Positions 53,512-56,898 of a stretch of 56,898 nt of DNA are shown piece by piece. Positions within the stretch are counted from its first letter, which is position 1, and each line of letters starts with the position of its first letter. The stretch is from assembly GCA_963205445.1 (NCBI GenBank), contig CAUJJG010000046.1:1-56898 (forward strand), written 5' to 3'. The position numbers and the translations under genes are program-made. The DNA is from Pseudomonadota bacterium. Lineage in GTDB: Bacteria > Pseudomonadota > Gammaproteobacteria > Xanthomonadales > Xanthomonadaceae. Under the pieces are notes generated by a model that was not told where the DNA came from, ran no database searches, and saw only the letters and a list, made by a program, of their open reading frames with translations.

Positions 53512-54924
53512 TCATACCCTCCACTGAAACGCGGGGCTGCCCAACAGCAACGCCACGCCTTGCTGTACGGATTCGGCACGGCGCAGGGCTGTGGCTGTCT
53601 GCGCGTCCAAACCATTCCCCAACATCGCCAGCCCCAGCGCCAATGGGGTGTGCTGCTGCGCCGTCCGCAGACGGCCGGCGATCGCCTGTGCGGCCTGCAC
53701 TCGCTTGTACAGGGCATCCGGGCCACCCCAGTCGGCTGCCACATCGCCAAAGCCCGCTGGCGATCTCGGCTGAAAGACCGGCTGGCCCAACTGTGTCTGC
53801 AGCTGCAGGGCCTGGGCCAGATCCTGCGGCTCCTGCAGGCCACAGCCGCGCAGGGCCGACATCAGGAAATCGTCCGGCGTCTTGAACTTGCGCGCACCCG
53901 CTTGCCAGGCGAGGTTGTCTTCGACCATGGCCGCGCACACCTGCGCCAGATCGCCATCGGTCCGCAACCAGACCTTGGCCATCCGTGCCACCAAGGCCGG
54001 TGGCGGCACATCCGCCACGAAGTGGCGCGCCAACTTCATGGACAGATGCTGCGCGGTGGCCGGGTGCACCGCCAAGTCCTGCAGGATGGCGACGCCCTGC
54101 TGCTCACCCTGTTGCCGATACGGCTTGCCGAGCACCTGTCGCAGGCCCGGCTCATGCGCAGAGGCACGGAACAGGAACCCACCGCTGCCAGCGGCACGCT
54201 CACCGTTGCCGTGCCGGGCCACGCTCCAGCCAGTGATCGCCCGCGCAACTTCCGCCACGTCGTGCTGGGTGTAGCCAGAATCCACACCCAGCGTATGCAG
54301 TTCCAGAATTTCTCGCGCGAGGTTCTCGTTCAGGCCGCGTTTGCGGGCTGCAGGGTTGTCGGCATTGCGTCGGGCTGACTGCATCGCCATCCGCGAGCCC
54401 TCGCCGATGGACTGCGCATTGTCGAGGTAGAGCAGCATCCCCGCATGCTGTTCCACCGACTGGAGCAGCGCCGAGAATCGGCCGGTGACATGCGGTCGAA
54501 TTGCCTCGCGCTCCATCGGCGCTGCAAACAGCGACGCTATGCGCTTGTCCACCGAGATGGCGAAATGGTTCGACCAGAACCGCACCAACCGTTCGCGAAA
54601 GCCCTGCGAAGTGGTCACGGCCACGCTTTGCCGCAGCACCAGTTCCCGCTGGAAGGCGCGTCGCAAAGCCTCACGTCCGCCCGCACGCGCGCCCTCGCCT
54701 TCCTCCTTCCTGGCCCGCATCTGCTTGCGTTGTTGTTGCGCAGCGAGATACATGCCCAGATAGCCCGTGCTGTCGGGCAACCCCTGGAATGCGGGAATAT
54801 CGGCGGGCGGGCCCAGTTGAGCCAGCAGCCAGCCGCGCGGGTCTGTGCCCGTCGCCTGCCATTCGCCTGCGCGTGCGCCCAGCCCAAATCGGTTGACCGC
54901 CGTGGTAATCCGTTCCGCCGTCAT
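53512..54924 (-). CDS. DUF1800 family protein
   Basis: NRFGLG, ERLVRFWSNHF, MLLYLDN, NENLAREILELHTLG. Confidence 0.87.
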   Translation of the reverse strand: MTAERITTAVNRFGLGARAGEWQATGTDPRGWLLAQLGPPADIPAFQGLPDSTGYLGMYLAAQQQRKQMRARKEEGEGARAGGREALRRAFQRELVLRQSVAVTTSQGFRERLVRFWSNHFAISVDKRIASLFAAPMEREAIRPHVTGRFSALLQSVEQHAGMLLYLDNAQSIGEGSRMAMQSARRNADNPAARKRGLNENLAREILELHTLGVDSGYTQHDVAEVARAITGWSVARHGNGERAAGSGGFLFRASAHEPGLRQVLGKPYRQQGEQQGVAILQDLAVHPATAQHLSMKLARHFVADVPPPALVARMAKVWLRTDGDLAQVCAAMVEDNLAWQAGARKFKTPDDFLMSALRGCGLQEPQDLAQALQLQTQLGQPVFQPRSPAGFGDVAADWGGPDALYKRVQAAQAIAGRLRTAQQHTPLALGLAMLGNGLDAQTATALRRAESVQQGVALLLGSPAFQWRV

Positions 54925-55007
54925 CGGTATGCTCCATCGGGAACAAGACCAACAACGGATGGCACCGGCAACCGGTTGACAGGCGAAACCGCCGTGCTTG
55001 TATGGCG

Positions 55008-56378
55008 TCAGCCGGTACCGGCCACCGTCATCCGCCCGACCAGGATCGAGCCGGTACGCACGTGCGAGCGCGGGTCGACATCGTTGCCCACGGCTTCGAT
55101 CGTGGCAAACATGTCCTTCAGATTGCCGGCGATGGTGATGCCATCCACGGGATAGGTGATTACACCGTTTTCCACCCAAAAGCCCGCCGCGCCGCGGGAG
55201 TAGTCCCCCGTGATCGCATTCACGCCCTGGCCGATCAGCTCGGTCACCAGCAGCCCCTGGCCCATGGTTCTGCACATGTCGCTCAGATCACCGGCGTTGG
55301 CGGCCACGGCAAGGTTGTGCACGCCGCCGGCATTGCCCGTGCTGGCCAACCCCAGTTTCCGCGCCGAATAGCTGTCCAGCAGATAGCGTTGCAAGATTCC
55401 GCCATCCACCAGCATCGAGCGGCGGGTTGCCACCCCTTCGCCATCAAACGACGCCGAGCGGAAGCCCCGCGTCAGGAAGGGATCTTCCTCGATGGAAAAC
55501 CAGTCCGGAAAAATGCGGCTGCCCGCACTGTCGAGCAGGAAACTCGCGCGACGATACAGCGCGCCGCCGGAAACGGCACTCAGGAAACTGCCGATCAGCG
55601 AACGCGCCATCTCTGCGGCAAACAACACCGGCACCTGGCCGGTTGGCAGCTGACGTGGCGCAAGCCGCTCCAAGGTGCGCTGCGCCGCCTTGCGGCCGAT
55701 GGCCTCGGGCGACTCCAGATCGCCCTGGGCCAACGCCACGCTGTACCAGCCATCGCGCTGCATCGCCTCGCCCGCACCTGCGATCAGCGCACAGCCGATA
55801 CTGCTGGAGGTACTGCGCTCACTGCCAAGAAACCCATGCGAATTGGCGTACACGCTGAGCGAGGCATTGACGTTAATCGACGCACCATCGGAATTGGTGA
55901 TGCGCACATCCGTCCCGCGCCCCGCGGCTTCGCAAGCCAGAGCGATGTCGATGGCGCGATCGGCATCGAAAGGTGCCGGATGCCAGCTGTCGAATTCGCG
56001 CAGGGTGGTCGCCATCAGATCGGCGTCGGCCAGCCCGGCCGCCGGGTCCTCCTCGGTATGCCGGGCGATGGCGCAGGCCTGGGCCAAGGTGGCATCGAGG
56101 CTTTCTTCCCGCAGGTCGGCGCTGCTGGCACTGCCCTTGCGCTGCCCAAAATAGACCGTTATCGCCACACCGCGGTCGCGCGTGGCCTCCACCGTCTCCA
56201 CATCCCCCAAGCGCACGTTGACAGCCAAGCCCGCGGTTTCGTCACAGCTGACCTCGGCCTGGCTGGCCCCTGCGGCACGGGCGCGCTCCAGCATGTGCTT
56301 GGCCACCGCGGAGAGGCGTTCAAGGCGTTGCCCACTGTCATCGTTGAAAGCGGCGTGTTCATGGCAGGTGATGTTCAA
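55008..56378 (-). CDS. pmbA: Metalloprotease PmbA (TldE)
   Basis: [51 protein letters not shown]; TTG start. Confidence 0.94.
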   Translation of the reverse strand: MNITCHEHAAFNDDSGQRLERLSAVAKHMLERARAAGASQAEVSCDETAGLAVNVRLGDVETVEATRDRGVAITVYFGQRKGSASSADLREESLDATLAQACAIARHTEEDPAAGLADADLMATTLREFDSWHPAPFDADRAIDIALACEAAGRGTDVRITNSDGASINVNASLSVYANSHGFLGSERSTSSSIGCALIAGAGEAMQRDGWYSVALAQGDLESPEAIGRKAAQRTLERLAPRQLPTGQVPVLFAAEMARSLIGSFLSAVSGGALYRRASFLLDSAGSRIFPDWFSIEEDPFLTRGFRSASFDGEGVATRRSMLVDGGILQRYLLDSYSARKLGLASTGNAGGVHNLAVAANAGDLSDMCRTMGQGLLVTELIGQGVNAITGDYSRGAAGFWVENGVITYPVDGITIAGNLKDMFATIEAVGNDVDPRSHVRTGSILVGRMTVAGTG

Positions 56379-56395
56379 TGGCTTATCCTGTGGGG

Positions 56396-56898
56396 ATGCG
56401 AGGACGTGACGAAGAAACAGGCGAGTTTTTCAGCCCCAGCCGCAGCGAGCAACGCCGCGCGGCGCTGGACGTGCTGGAGTTGGGTGAACGCTTGGTGGCC
56501 TTGACCACCACGCAACTTGGCAAGCTGCCGATTCCCGACGAGCTGCATCCGCACATCCGCGAGACGCAGCGCATCAGTTCGCATGGCGCGCGCAAGCGGC
56601 AGTTGGCCTTCCTGGCCAAGCAGATGCGCAAGCTGGACGAAGATGTGCTGGATGCGATCCGGGATGCGATGCGCAAGGACGGCGAAGCCGCGCGTCGCGA
56701 CACCGCCGCCCTGCACCGCGTCGAGGCCCTGCGCGAAACGTTGCTGGGCGATGACGGCGACGCCGCGCTGACCGAGCTGCTGGCCGCGCACCCGCAGGCC
56801 GATCGCCAGCAGCTGCGCCAGCTGCTGCGCAACACCCGCGAAGAACGGGCGAAGAACAAGCCGCCGCGTGCGTTCCGTGAACTGTTCCGGGTGCTGAA
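56396..56898 (+). CDS. yjgA: Ribosome biogenesis factor YjgA (DarP); runs off the window end
   Basis: Manual translation [33 protein letters not shown]...[16 protein letters not shown]...DRQQLRQL; divergent from pmbA as expected. Confidence 0.92.
   Translation, partial: MRGRDEETGEFFSPSRSEQRRAALDVLELGERLVALTTTQLGKLPIPDELHPHIRETQRISSHGARKRQLAFLAKQMRKLDEDVLDAIRDAMRKDGEAARRDTAALHRVEALRETLLGDDGDAALTELLAAHPQADRQQLRQLLRNTREERAKNKPPRAFRELFRVL

Overview
High-GC Xanthomonadaceae (Lysobacteraceae)-type chromosome segment; the taxon is inferred from gene order and protein style. The left part (1-13275) is housekeeping: CocE/NonD hydrolase, dapD, glnD, map, infC, thrS, tRNA-Val, an M19 dipeptidase, uvrB, an orphan fimT and tRNA-Asn. 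A ~15.4 kb island (13276-28632) is integrated in tRNA-Asn between exact 46-bp direct repeats. It has a tyrosine integrase, small HTH protein, replication-initiator-like protein, MobC and VirD2-like relaxase, so it is an integrative mobilizable element with no T4SS. Its cargo is a small helical ORF, a DUF1778/GNAT toxin-antitoxin pair, and a tightly packed candidate defence operon: PLD-SNF2 helicase, vapBC, a large N6-adenine methyltransferase with TRD, and an ABC-ATPase with a C-terminal HEPN-like motif. That operon is the best candidate for an undescribed system. The right part is the conserved pyrH-frr-uppS-cdsA-dxr-rseP-bamA-lpxD-fabZ-lpxA-lpxB-rnhB-dnaE-accA-tilS-xseB-ispA cluster, then a CHASE2 + SH3-M48 pair, two DUF4870-like genes, DUF1501/DUF1800, pmbA and yjgA. 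Other notable signals are an 84-bp palindromic element inserted in frame within ispA, a candidate Thr attenuator before thrS, an AUC start for infC, and broken synteny (no rpmI-rplT after infC, no rpsB-tsf before pyrH). All family assignments come from motif recognition by eye; no database search was run.
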